DNA from: Macrostomum lignano
Taxonomy: Eukaryota
Reading direction: 5' to 3'
Length of the DNA stretch: 63,857 nt
Assembly: GCA_002269645.1 (NCBI GenBank)
Contig: NIVC01004028.1
Location: forward strand, 1 to 63,857
Part shown: positions 11,101 through 22,770 of the stretch, one piece after another
Numbering within the stretch: position 1 is the stretch's first letter
Layout of the letters: each line of letters opens with the position of its first letter
Made by a program: the position numbers and the translations under genes
Notes under the pieces: generated by a model
Told to the model about the DNA's origin: nothing
The model's input: only the letters and a program-made list of their open reading frames with translations
Database searches by the model: none

Positions 11101-11919
11101 ACTGGGGTCAACTCCAGTGTTTTCCAAAATGAAGTTCTGGCCATCAGCTCCTGCACTGCAGAGCTTCTCGCCACTGGCGTTACTGGTAAGAACATCATTT
11201 TCCATTCGGACAGCCAAGCTGCCTTGCACGCCATCAGTGGCTGCAGCACCAACTCTGCTACAGTCCTCGACTGTATCAAACTCCTCAACGTGTTGGGTTC
11301 CGCCAACAAAATTACCCTTAAGTGGGTTCCGGGGCATGTGGGGATCCGAGGAAATGAGTTGGCTGACACCCTTGCAAAAGTTGGTGCCTCCGGCTCCTCT
11401 CTCGGCCCCGAACCTCTTGTCCCGATTCCTGGCTGTGTCATCGACTCGCGCATCAAAGCGTGGATCAGGACTCAGCACCGCTCGACTTGGGCGAACCGCA
11501 CGAACTGCAGGCAATCCAGAGGCGCTGTCCCTCAGCCCTCTCACCAGCTCCGGAAGCTCCTCTTGCGCCTCTCGCGCAGAGACATCCGGGCTGCCACCAT
11601 GACCCTCTCTGGTCACGGCTGCTTCTCCAGGCACCAGTACCTGCAGGGCAACGCCACCAACGCCACCTGTAGTTTCTGCAACTCAGGTGACGAAACCGCT
11701 GAGCATTTCGTCAGCATCTGTCCCGCCTTCACGCGGGCCAGACTCACTTACCTCGGGCCACACACATCTATTACTGAAGCGTGCAAACCCGAAAACTTTA
11801 ATCAGCTCATGCGCTACCTTCGGGCCACCCGCAGGGCTGAACTCTCCTTTCCAGAGAGCACTATAGCTGCTGGCGACACTGGGGGACCTCCCTGGGCGGC
11901 GCCAACCCTCCGTCCATAG
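8188..11919 (+). CDS. Retroelement ORF2: AP endonuclease, reverse transcriptase, RNase H, CCHC knuckle (3 frameshifts)
   Basis: LQINLQH, LIQEPW, GGDLNAHH, SDHC (APE); KSPGPDGI, FRPISLTS, GGPQGGVLTP, YADD (RT); YTDGSK, SDSQAAL, WVPGHVGIRGNELAD (RNase H); CSFC...H...IC; frameshifts near 9678, 10160 and 10465. Confidence 0.95.
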
Positions 11920-12018
11920 CGACGCGTCGGCCGTTCAGGGACTAGCGGAATGGGCGCCCGCGCCTTCCCGCTGTGTCCCCTCCGGGACAGCCCTGCAGCT
12001 AAGTCAAAAGTAAGTCAA

Positions 12019-12030
12019 GAGCCACTATCT
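12019..12030 (+). repeat. Right 12-bp target-site duplication
   Basis: Identical to 6115-6126. Confidence 0.95.
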
Positions 12031-13268
12031 ATATGGTGGCATATTCATGGTGGCAGACAAAACTTGAAACAAGTGCTTAAAGTGCAACACACTGATTTAT
12101 AGACTTCTCAGGCAGGTAGTTGCGACAGACTTCGATGAGGCATAGCTACCGTCACTGGATCTTTGTCCCAGCGCTCGAACTGAGGGGTTAGGTGCAGTTT
12201 ATCCGCTTCTTCGTCGCTTCTCTAGCTACCACTGGTTCGAGATCGTAACAACTCAGTTGTTGTGCAATCATGCCCTTTTTCGCCCCGTGCCCCGTCCTAA
12301 CCCTTCCAGTCTGCCCCACCCCTCCATTTTTCTGAATAATCGATGCGTACGCCGATCACGCCATCTCGCACCACCTCCCCCTACTGTACCGTACATCTGT
12401 TCTAAATGTATTCATGTACTCGTAGGTCAGATAATAAATATAATTAATTTGCTGTCTATCTGCATGATATGCTTTGCTGTGATATGCTTTTGCTTCGATC
12501 CATGACTTGATCATCCTGCTCCTGCAATCTCCAACATTTTCAATTCGCATTACTGGATAGATATGTATTTCAAAGGCCACTACTGTGAATATTTAATTTG
12601 AGACTCACGGTTGAGTTAGCTTAATTAGCACATTGTTATACATGTAAATACGCGCTTTGCCTGTCTATTCCACGAGTGTTAAAAATCACGGAGAGCATCA
12701 GTAGCCTTACTAACTTTGCTACTATATACTAGTAACACGTCAAAAATTTTATTCGTGCATCAAAATTGTATTCTTAGTATAGCTACACACTCATAAAATT
12801 AGAACATGGAGCGTAGTAGTCAATTACGAATAACAAAGAACAAGATTAACCAGCTATATTTTGATTCAGGATTTCGTCACCTATGCACCCACTGCACTTC
12901 AACTACACAACAATCTTTGTTGGCAAGCTGGATAGATCGATTTGCGTGTAGACTGATGCTCGACGCTGCAGGTCTTTAGAGAATAACGAGTTGCGATCTA
13001 TCTGAATTGCCCATTTTCTAGCTCGTTCATCGAATTAAATTGCTTTTCTAACAATATCGAGGAAGTCCCTCTAAAGTTCACCTGTGAATTCAGTAATTAT
13101 CTCGTAAACAGGAAGAGAATTCTATGCACTAACCAGGCCTTTTAACTTTTTACATTTCAAGATTTTCTTAGAAACTTTTATCTGCATCGAAACGGACATT
13201 AAAAATTGTGAAATAAAAAATAGTCGCCAATGTTTTAATGAAGAGTTCAGTTTATTTATTGACAGAAC

Positions 13269-15858
13269 TCGGCCGAATTCATTTTGATTATTTTGAAAAA
13301 TAACAAATATTTTTATCAAGCTGTGCATTACTGAAAAGTTTTACCGATTAATATAGTTGACTACATCAGTATAATAGCGAGTGTTTAATCTTGCAATCTT
13401 GCAAAATACGACTTCGTTCATCGTAGTAAAACAAAATCTTAAAGAGAGAAGTTAGTTGCTAAAATTTCGTAATTGCTGATTGATTTTTTCGGAGCAAAGA
13501 CGTCTTTAGGAGAAGAAAGTGCGCTTGATAATGATGAGTTGATAACCATCAGTTGAAAAGTTGAAAAGTGCATTGTAAACGGAAAAAAAACAGAATATTT
13601 AATGGAGTACATGCTCATAACAGAAGCGTGAAATAAAATAATTTGTAAGGATTTAGCTCGTAAACACACTGTAATCTTTTACACCGCTGATCGCTACAAA
13701 GGAAATCTTATTTTTCTTTGCTGATTTCCCAGTTTAAATTTTGAAGTACCAGAAGGGATCGGCGCATTCGCAGGCTCCAAGCATCGCGTGATAACTCGAT
13801 CTGTCGTTCAAACCAAAGTACTGAATTCTGGCTCGCTTGTCGCTTTCGTAGGTTCCGCTACCCTTACTGGCTTGCCAGACTCCTCCGCTTGTCGTGTTCA
13901 GCAGCGGCAGAGGCCAGCCGCAGTCCGCCCACTCCCAGAGGTCGTCGTTCACCATCGATGCGCTAACCCAGATATCCTCGGTGGAAAATCCGGTAGAATT
14001 CCTCACGTCCTGCAGCTCCTCAACGCTGCTGAGATCAGCCAGCTTCGTCAGCCGCATGACGGACCCGTCCGAGCTGCTCAAGAAGCTCCGGCAGCTGTCA
14101 GCCTGAGCACTCCAGCTGGCCTCCTGCCCGTTCCCAGCAGCCTTGTACAGCGAGCCCTTGAAGTGGCTGCCGCTGACGCCGGACACCCAGCGATAGTCGG
14201 CGGGACAGAGCCGGCCCGGCTCGAGACCCTCCGACTGCTTGACGAAGACTTGGAGCTGCCGACTGGCGCAGCCGCTGCTCGCCATCGAGCTGGCATCGAG
14301 CAGCAGCTGCGAGCTGCAGGCATCAAAAGAGAACAGCAGACAGACCTGAGCGTCCGAGGCGTGTCTGACCTCCATGGCGAAGGCCCGGCATCGCGGAGCT
14401 GCCCGACAGCGAATTGCGCAGGTCAAAACGTCGACTTGAAGCTCCTGGTAGTGGCCTGGGGACACGCAGTTAGAGGTGATGATGGAATGAAAGTCCGCTC
14501 TCTGCCTGCAGCAGGGCGCCAGTCGACTCAGTAGCAGCAAACTCAGCAGCAGTCGCGCAACCTCGTCTGTAAACATGGCTCGGGTTTAGGTAGAGAGCGA
14601 TGGGTGTGAAAGACGCCTGTTGCAGCTAAATTTATAGGCAATTTTTTCTTGCTTAGTCGGTGCTTACTCGTGTTCGGCCAACTGTTTCCGCATGAGAAAC
14701 AACCAGCATTTTGCGCTCTCTCTTGCGATTCCCATATAGAAAAGGATGGCTACTGCGCCTTCTTTGTTTCGTTTTCACAGCAGTTTTTCCACATCCGGTG
14801 TCCAGCCTACAGGGCTTAGAAATGCAAGACTAACAATAAGCTGGAAGCAGGAAGATGGAACAATAGAACTAGAGAAAGTAGGGGGCTACAGTAGTGCGCA
14901 GCAGCGCATGGCAAAAGTACAGCAATTACTCCATCATTTCAGACAGAAATAGATGGCGAGACGGAAACAGGCGTAGGCGGCCGGTGCGGAGGCCGCTCCA
15001 GAGGAGGAGCGGTGCGGACCAAGGCTGATATATAACAACTGAATTGTCAGAACTCCACCTAAAAGGGTTGAATAGGCCTAAAATGTGACTTGCAAAACCC
15101 CTGCTTCCAGCTCATTGGCTGCTATTTTTAGCTCACTTCCTATACGGGCCTATGTAAAAACTGCCTGGTGGTTAGAAAACTAGCTAGGGATTGGAGGGCT
15201 CGCGGGTCGTGGTGGAAAGAGAAATAAATTTAGAGGTGCGTTTGCAAGGTTGTTATAATATTCCTAGTGTACTTGAAACCCTGCAGCCAATCAGCATGAA
15301 GGAGGGGATTCGCGAGTCAAAAATTTAGGCATGCTTTAGCGCCAGCCTGATAATCCAAGTGTTATATATCCTCCTTGGTGCGGATGCATCTGGAACCGAC
15401 TTTGTCCCAGTGCTCGAGTTAAGGGGTAACCCCATCTGGCGTAGCAACCGTGGACGGACGCGGACGTGCGGACCGGCCTGTACAAAAGGACTGTGAAAGA
15501 ACTTAAGACTGAACCTCCCCCGGATACTCTAACGCAACCAGAGTGAACTGGAGGAGACTCACCGCCCAACCCTCGCCCCGTTAGCAACATACATGTCTAG
15601 GCTCAATTCTGTTGCATGCACTGTTTGTGTAAACCTACCGTCGTCAACCTAGGGATATCCCACCCCATCGACGGAAGGGGAAGAAATTGTGGCAAACGGA
15701 AAATAGACTCAAACTGAGCCCAGAGCGGCACTTCTAGTCTCAGAAACCGTTTGCAAAGTTGAGTTGCACGATTATACTGAATTAAGTACCGAAGTAGCCA
15801 ACCGTTCAGCGACGTAGAGTCTTACACAGCCTTTCTTGCAGAGCATCACTCCTTAATA
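13269..15858. repeat. Tandem segmental duplication, copy B
   Basis: Homologous to 3812-6075; carries roughly 170 bp of extra sequence near 13440-13615. Confidence 0.9.
13734..14576 (-). CDS. Secreted PAN/Apple-like + C-type lectin-like domain protein, copy 2 (280 aa)
   Basis: 8 amino-acid differences from copy 1 by manual comparison; same architecture; TATAAA-like element upstream (~14635). Confidence 0.75.
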   Translation of the reverse strand: MFTDEVARLLLSLLLLSRLAPCCRQRADFHSIITSNCVSPGHYQELQVDVLTCAIRCRAAPRCRAFAMEVRHASDAQVCLLFSFDACSSQLLLDASSMASSGCASRQLQVFVKQSEGLEPGRLCPADYRWVSGVSGSHFKGSLYKAAGNGQEASWSAQADSCRSFLSSSDGSVMRLTKLADLSSVEELQDVRNSTGFSTEDIWVSASMVNDDLWEWADCGWPLPLLNTTSGGVWQASKGSGTYESDKRARIQYFGLNDRSSYHAMLGACECADPFWYFKI

Positions 15859-15999
15859 GGCAGTACGCAAGGTCGGTGTGAAATAAACTGGGGCTCGCTA
15901 GGGACTCCTGTCGAGCTGTGCGGCGTGCGCCGGTACTACGCGTCCAGATATTCATCGACATCTGCCGTTTAGTCTTTGCCTTCGGCGACGGCTGAGAGG

Positions 16000-16790
16000 A
16001 TGGCTTTGTTGAGGCCTGTGGTCAGTTTATGACTCTAAAAGTGCTCACAGCGGCTGGGCTATACTCGTACCCAGTAACAATCAAAAGAGATGAATTTTTC
16101 TCACTTATTGCGACATGCGAGTGACGCAAATTACGGCACGCGCGAAGCTTATTGCTTCTTGGGGGTTCTCCGATGCGGTCCCCAGACATGAATCCCATCA
16201 ACAAGCTGTTGGTCTTTGGAGGCTTGCGGGCTGACCCACCTGGCTGGCGGCGGCGCAGCATGCTGACGCCTTCGGAGGTGGCAGCGCTTTTCGGCCGCCT
16301 CATGAGTTCTCGCCAGCTGTAGAGTCTGCTGATATTTGATGCTGATATTTGGTAAGTTTAAGAGTCGCTTCCTTAGAGCGTCGCTCGATCAGTGACTTCT
16401 GCAGGTCTCCAAACTGACAAATTGCCCTCTTGAAGACAATTCCGGAATTGATATCTGATAAATACGACGTTTTCGCTGCCTTTAAAAGCTGTTTGCTGAA
16501 GAACTGGATAAGTATTGCAATGTTTGCACTTTGGCCTTCGGCGATCGTTTTGCTGTTTGCGATCTCTTTTGTTTTGTTTGTTTCTTTTCATTTTTCTGTT
16601 TTGCTGTCGCTGTCTTTCTTTTCGGCGGTGTAGAGCAGAATTTTCCGCTTTTGGGTCTCACTGGTGATGCCGCTGGCCGCCAGCTAGCGCTGTAGGTTGT
16701 CAGCCCATTCTTGCCTACGTTTGCTGACAGTGTGTGGGTCTTCTCTAACGCTGAATGCTGCTGGGGCGGTATGGGCGTCTATGTATAGTT
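16000..16790 (-). mobile_element. Degenerate Ty3/gypsy-like gag remnant
   Basis: Broken frames read RQEWADNLQR*LAASGITSETQKRKILLYT (~16720-16630) and QTLQLARTHEAAEK (~16335-16290), matching recalled metazoan gypsy gag patterns; stops and shifts present; no pol or LTR seen. Confidence 0.45.
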
Positions 16791-16919
16791 TGCCCTTTTT
16801 ATTTTAACATGTGCAGAATAAGTCTTATAAGTTCATTGGCTTTTATGTTCAACTGCAAATTTCGATCGCCAGTTGAAACTTTTCTAACTTTCACTTGTGC
16901 AAACAATTAAGCGTGGGAA

Positions 16920-17330
16920 CAGGTGACACGACCAGGTGGCACGTCCAGGTGACACGACCAGGTGGCACGTCCAGGTGACACGACCAGGTGGCACGTCCAG
17001 GTGACACGACCAGGTGGCACGTCCAGGTGACACGACCAGGTGGCACGTCCAGGTGACACGACCAGGTGGCACGTCCAGGTGACACGACCAGGTGGCACGT
17101 CCAGGTGACACGACCAGGTGGCACGTCCAGGTGACACGACCAGGTGGCACATCCAGGTGACACGACCAGGTGGCACGTCCAGGTGACACGACCAGGTGGC
17201 ACGTCCAGGTGACACGACCAGGTGGCACGTCCAGGTGACACGACCAGGTGGCACGTCCAGGTGACACGACCAGGTGGCACGTCCAGGTGACACGACCAGG
17301 TGGCACGTCCAGGTGACATGTCCAGGTGTC
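16920..17330. repeat. 26-bp minisatellite (two 13-mers: CAGGTGACACGAC + CAGGTGGCACGTC), about 16 units
   Basis: Near-perfect tandem array with no spacers. Confidence 0.97.
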
Positions 17331-17999
17331 CTAGCCTATCCTCGTTCCTAAACTTATGAGCATTTTCTAATGGCTCATATGCAGCAGTTGCAAGGCTATG
17401 GCTCGCTCTTGCGACGCCAATGTAATGGCTATCGTAAAAGGTCGAAGTGTGTTGACACGAAAAGTGGAGCCCTGTTGGGTGGGCCGATGATATTTATTTT
17501 TCCTACGATGGATATTAATCAAACTACCAGAGTGAGGGACAATCACCGCACTTGAAGTGCATGAATTTACATACTGTACGCAACGTTGATGTACATATGA
17601 ATGCATATTGGGGCTGGTTTGGGCACTACGAGTGATTTTAATTGCAAGTGACATATTAAGTTATTTAACTAGCTGAGAAAAACATTACTAGTCCTTGATA
17701 TTTGAATATATTTGATTTGATTTTATCTAATATCAGTCAACATTTGTTTGGCATATACCAGTATTTACAGCCAATCTTCTGCACCCGGATATATTGTATT
17801 TTGAAGAAAATCTATATTAAAAAAAGATTTTCGGAATAGGAAAATTAGTAAATCGAAGGAAGAGAATTTCAAGAAAATGACTTAACGAGACGCTAAAGAG
17901 AGAGCAGTAAACGAAAAAGACTTAGTATCTAAGCATATGGTGACGAATTCAAAGAATTTTTGTATTCGAATTATTACTCGAATATTGTATTGTATTGAA

Positions 18000-18050
18000 T
18001 TTTTGTCCTTAAGCAAGACACACTTAACTTCAGTTCACCCAGATGTAAAT
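18000..18050 (+). mobile_element. SINE central-domain fragment
   Basis: ttttgtccttaagcaagacacacttaacttcagttcacccag is identical to the middle of the SINE at 20756. Confidence 0.8.
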
Positions 18051-18520
18051 ACATATTATTTACACCAGTGCGTGAATGTGCAATGAAGATCTGTAATTGC
18101 ACAAATTCAATACATGCCTCATGTTAAAGCTGTTACTCTCGCGAAGTCACGCTTGCCAATTAGCTATCTTAAATCATGGTCAAAATTATCCGCGTACACT
18201 CTTCACTCTCATCAGGTGAATTTTCAAAATTTATAAACAAAAATTTGGCTGTTTAATTAGATTATCTTGCGATGCAGCAAGAAAGTCGGCTCTGGAATTA
18301 TTCTAGCTAGTCACTTTGGCCAGAAATAGACAGAAAATGCGATTGCTGCCATCTGGAGAAGGTGTAAAGCGATTTGTTTTACTCCTAATTCTTTGTCACT
18401 TGAAAATAGTTCGTTGCACGAGTAAGTGAACAGCGGCTCTGTTTTCTTTTTTACTTACTTTAAAATTATAGCAAAATAATAGTACATCAAAGCACATGAC
18501 CGGTTTTGAACACATTTCAG

Positions 18521-21500
18521 GGCCTTGTACTAATCAAGTTCGCTTGAAAAATTTTCCGGAATCATAGATCACCCGGGTGCCGGCAAAAATTACTCAGCTG
18601 ACTCAGATGTTTGCTGGCTAATCGAAATTGAAGGATCAGTTGCTATACGATTTACTAAATTTGATCTAGAAAACAACTATGACTGGATAAAAATCTATGA
18701 GGATACTACTCTTCCTGAGAGTGAAAGTAAAGTAAGGTTTCACCTTAGCAATGTGGAACAGGTAGCTAATTCTGAGTTTTGGCTGACTGGCAGGGTAGTA
18801 CTAATTCGGTTCAAAAGCGACACCAGTGTTCAGAAGACTGGATTTCGTCTTAAGTATCGAAAAATTCCTTTTTACACACTGCCTGTTGCAGGTAAGTTTC
18901 CAATGGCAATACATGGTCAATATGGACTGCATAATACTGCATATGTAGGTGATGGTGCATTCGCTAACTCTCATAATGTGAATTTTACTTGAGTAGTTGT
19001 TCGCTGCAAATTTCACTAAAATTATGTAAAAATTTAAGTTACTTACATGGAGACTAGCCATTGTACATTGCAAATAGCTCAGATATTCGTTTCGGTCTAA
19101 GTTTCGTTTAAATTGATTTTTTACGTTCTTCTATCCGCTTTACTAAGCCCTTTAATTTGCCAAAAAGGTGGACCATCAGCCGTTGAGATCATATCTGGTG
19201 CATCGGCTGGCGTAGTTCACAGCCACGCCGGGTTCGAAAAAGGCAAGAACTATTCGCACAATGTCCAGCAGGCTTGGAGCATCAGAGCGCAGCCAAGCCA
19301 GCTAATTCGAGTCACATTCACCACGTTCAACACGGAAAAGAACTTTGACTTTCTGCGAATATTTTCCGGTGCCTTGCCAAACGTTCAAAGCAGTGAAATG
19401 TATGCCAACCTGTCCGGCAACATAGCGAAACCGACGGATTATAATTTCTTCGGCAGTCTGACTTTTGTGTTCAGCTCGGACAGATCCAACAATGGGAAAG
19501 GCTTCAGATTTATGTATCAAATTTTGCAGACAGGTATGATAAACATGCAATCACATGTTTGTGATCGAATGTGTATAGTTTCTTTTCTGAAGTTGAATTT
19601 TTAAAAGTAGTTGGATCTCTTTTTGGCTTGATTGAAATTTGGGAGTTTGATTTATAATAGCGAACTTAAAAGCGTATAATAGCACTGAGCATTGCAAATT
19701 TACCCGTGGAATATCAATGAAATATCTGGAGCATATGAGAATCGGGAGTTACAGACAACTGAAGTAGAAGTACGCTACACTCGACTTTCTTACGCTAGAA
19801 GAGAGATGTATGTTTATCGTATCTGTATTTACTATACGTGCTTGGGAACTCGAGTCATCAAACTTATCGGTTCCAGGTTATTTCGTCAACCGTCATTTCG
19901 TCAACTGGTATTTTGTCAACCAGACATTAGGGCAACCGGACATATGATTCAAGCTAAAATTATTCGTCCGCCATGTTAGCCGTTAACGATAACGATAGTT
20001 TTATCATAGAAAATATTGAAACCATGTCCAATGGTATTCAGGTACCATAGTACGAGTATTGCGACACCATTGAGGACCGAACGCTTCTACGAAAACTTAC
20101 CTCCAAGAAGTGTACACGTTTTAAACAAATTTGAAATCGCATTACCACTTCTCACACTCTCTGGCTGGTGCAGCTATAACAGTGGCTACAATTTTCTGAG
20201 TTGCCATATTGTCTGGTTGACGAAAGGCCGGTTGACGAAATGCCGGTTGACGAAATGCCGGTTGACGAAATGTCCAGTCACCAACTGATCAGTACAGCGG
20301 CAATGTTCACTCGTATTTCAGACTATAGTCTTCAACCTGTTTTTCACAATTGGACCGGCAGTTTCTCCAAGGAACTCGACAGAACAGCCGATTTTAGTCT
20401 GATTGCCAAACCGGCAGACAGTGCTTTGAAAGCTCGCTGCAGCGTGCGGAAAGAGTGTGTAAACCGCTCTGAGACGTTCGTGACGGTAATGCTATAAAAT
20501 TATCTTGGTATACATGTAGGTTTTTAGCCGATTACCAACCCTTCGCCTTCCACTGATCATCGATCATCTCCACCACACTAAGACAAACGCATTAGCGATT
20601 GGATTGTGAATTAGCGAGAGGTATACAAATATTTAGACATAGCGATTTCGTCTTAGAATATGATTGTTATTGTATTTGTTATACTACAGAACCTCAGACT
20701 TATCCCGTACGCTTAAGACTTGCTTTCATTTACGCTAGTACATATAATCATGTTAGGGTGCTGTAGCCTAGTAAGCTAGAGCGTCAGACTCGCAACTGAA
20801 AGGTCGGGGTTTGACTCTCGACCCCTCGGAACAATTTTTGTCCTTAAGCAAGACACACTTAACTTCAGTTCACCCAGCTGTATAATGGGTACCAGCATTA
20901 GCTGGGTTAATTAAGGGTGTGTGTGGCGACCCACACAATGAGCATTATTGCCAATTTAATGTAATTATTCATCTATTTTATTCTAGCGTGCGCCGTTCCC
21001 ATGCTCGCCTGAGTCACCTGAAGTAACGTAGCATTGTATGTAGTTGAATCCCCACCCCACATAAAAAAGACCTAAAGACTCTTGAAAGTGGAAGCAGACT
21101 TTCATGGCACTTTGCACTTTCCCTTTACAATTTACTGTCATGAAACACTTGTGGTTGCGGCTTTTTATAAGAGTGCAGCTGTTCACAACTGCAACACTCC
21201 ACCCACCTCTAATAAAACTGCAATGCATTAACCTAACCTATTCAATAATCTAAATCCAATTCTTAATGGTCATTGCAATAGTCTCTAAAATTATATTAGG
21301 TTAAATATCATCCTTATACTTAAATAGCCTAACTATGATGAAGTTTCTTTGCAAATCAGAGTGATTGCTGAAAAACTGACAATTTTTCAGCTTTTACGAG
21401 CTGTGTGATCTTAAAATCAACAGTACCTCTACTCCCAACTTCCGAATCACAAGTGAAACAATAATCTCTTCTAGCAGTGGTTTACTAAGAAGTTTAAAAT

Positions 21501-22770
21501 GAATTTTAAAGCGAAGTAAACTGCAAGGTTAAAACGCATGCAAACTTAACTTTCAACTACTTCTAATGATTTAGAATGTTTATGCTAAACGGGTTACAGG
21601 CCACTTTTTCTTGAAGGAAAAATCGTACTATGAAAATTCCAATCTTTGTAAAAACCGTTTAAAGACTGCAAATGAATTCTACGTGCTGTTCTTGCAAAAA
21701 TAATATTGTCTTTTTTACTAATAAAAACACTTTTATTGACATTTAAAAGCCATCAGAGTATCGATATCTTGCTAACGAGACGAGGCTCAAGTTTCAACTT
21801 CGACCAAGAAAAAGTGACCCAGATTCGTTGTACTGTGTCGGCGCGGTTCTGTGCCACGTCTCGTGGAAATCCGAGGCCTATCGAAATATCGAATACTCAC
21901 TGGACTTGCCGAAGCGTAAGATAGAATCAATTTGATTCTTTTTAACCAGTTGTAAACAATATTGAAATATTTGTCGCATGATTTCAGCGGATCCAACTTC
22001 ATTGAGCATCCATCTCGTCAGACCAGATCTCTGGACACAGACAGGCTTAATCGAGTTTTTCGCTGTGTCCGAGTCTGTTTGTCCGAAAGTGAGACACCGC
22101 TGCGAGCTGAGAACAGAAGACGGAAGGATAGTGGAAGCCAGGATCCTTCAAGTGGTTTGTGACCCAAATTCTTTTATGTAGTAGAGATTTTCAAAACAAT
22201 ATTGAGCAAATAAAATCGATTTCGCCATATAACTTTCAGACCGCGTCTCCCACTAAGCCGGCAAGTTGTCATATCAGTTCATTAAAAACCCTGTTTGCGA
22301 CGCCGATTCCTGGCAATGGCAGTTTTGATGCAACAACAATAGCTTGTCGATTGAATGACGGCAATTTTATCAAGTATCGAGTGACATCGAAAACTTTCAC
22401 TGGTGAGCAGATTAAAAAAGTAATAATTTCTTTTATACTCGCTCGTAAAACTGCTTTCCAAACTTATACATGAAGCAAGAAAATCATTTTTACAGCTCAC
22501 CAAGAGTCACAGAAATCAATGAATGCATGGGAACGGCCGTTACATATAATAGCCTGGGTGGCTGCTGCAGTGGCTGTTACACTGCTTGTCGCTGTTATGA
22601 TTCGAAACGCCAGGAACCGAAAAAAGCGTCACGGTCTTACCGCCGTCAACAGAGCCGCCCTGAAGATGAGCAAACAGGAGGTCGGGCACGGGCATAGTAG
22701 TAGTGCTTCTTTCAGAAACAACTCTTACTTAACAAATCATCCTGCTAATGAAGTAAGTTATGCTCGCTAA
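18521..22770 (+). CDS. Single-pass receptor with two CUB domains, a possible SEA-like module and a TM segment (5' exons not resolved)
   Basis: Exon 18521-18891 CUB1 (NYSADSDVCWLIE...FTKFDLENNYDWIKIY...FKSDTSVQKTGF; one frameshift in the T-run near 18555); exon 19168-19533 CUB2 (NYSHNVQQAWSI...FNTEKNFDFLRI...FSSDRSNNGKGF); exon ~20322-20485; less certain exons ~21985-22470; TM exon from 22496 (IIAWVAAAVAVTLLVAVMI then RNARNRKKR); phase-1 GT-AG junctions agree for the CUB exons. Confidence 0.7.
19869..20282. mobile_element. MITE-like element with inverted subterminal repeats (intronic)
   Basis: Left TTTCGTCAAC-type repeats x3, right GTTGACGAAA x4, followed inward by matching CCAGACA..GCAAC sequence; no TSD identified. 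Confidence 0.6.
20756..20970 (+). mobile_element. tRNA-derived SINE with CORE/Meta-type central domain
   Basis: tRNA-like head (TAGCCTAGT..AGAGCG; AGGTCGGGGTTTGACTC), central GTCCTTAAGCAAGACAC..CCCAGCTGTA.AATGGGTACC, AT-rich tail; related copy at 59885. Confidence 0.8.

Larger units (their letters stand above)
6127..12018 (+). mobile_element. Full-length non-LTR retrotransposon, LOA/Lian-like (ORF1 DUF4780-like; ORF2 APE-RT-RNase H-CCHC)
   Basis: Perfect 12-bp TSD; two ORFs with diagnostic motifs; short 3' UTR ending in TAAGTCAAAAGTAAGTCAA. Confidence 0.93.

Noticed and set aside
12880-13090. Possible remnant of an IFIT-like paralogue next to duplicate copy B
   Set aside because: Short stop-interrupted frames with no similarity to the gene at 1205-3778
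4454-14534. Long antisense or alternate-frame ORFs over the lectin genes and the retroelement (also over the protocadherin)
   Set aside because: Shadow ORFs of GC-rich coding sequence
16884-17319. Three overlapping minus-strand ORFs (PPGRVTWTCHLVVS repeats)
   Set aside because: Translations of a stop-free 26-bp tandem repeat
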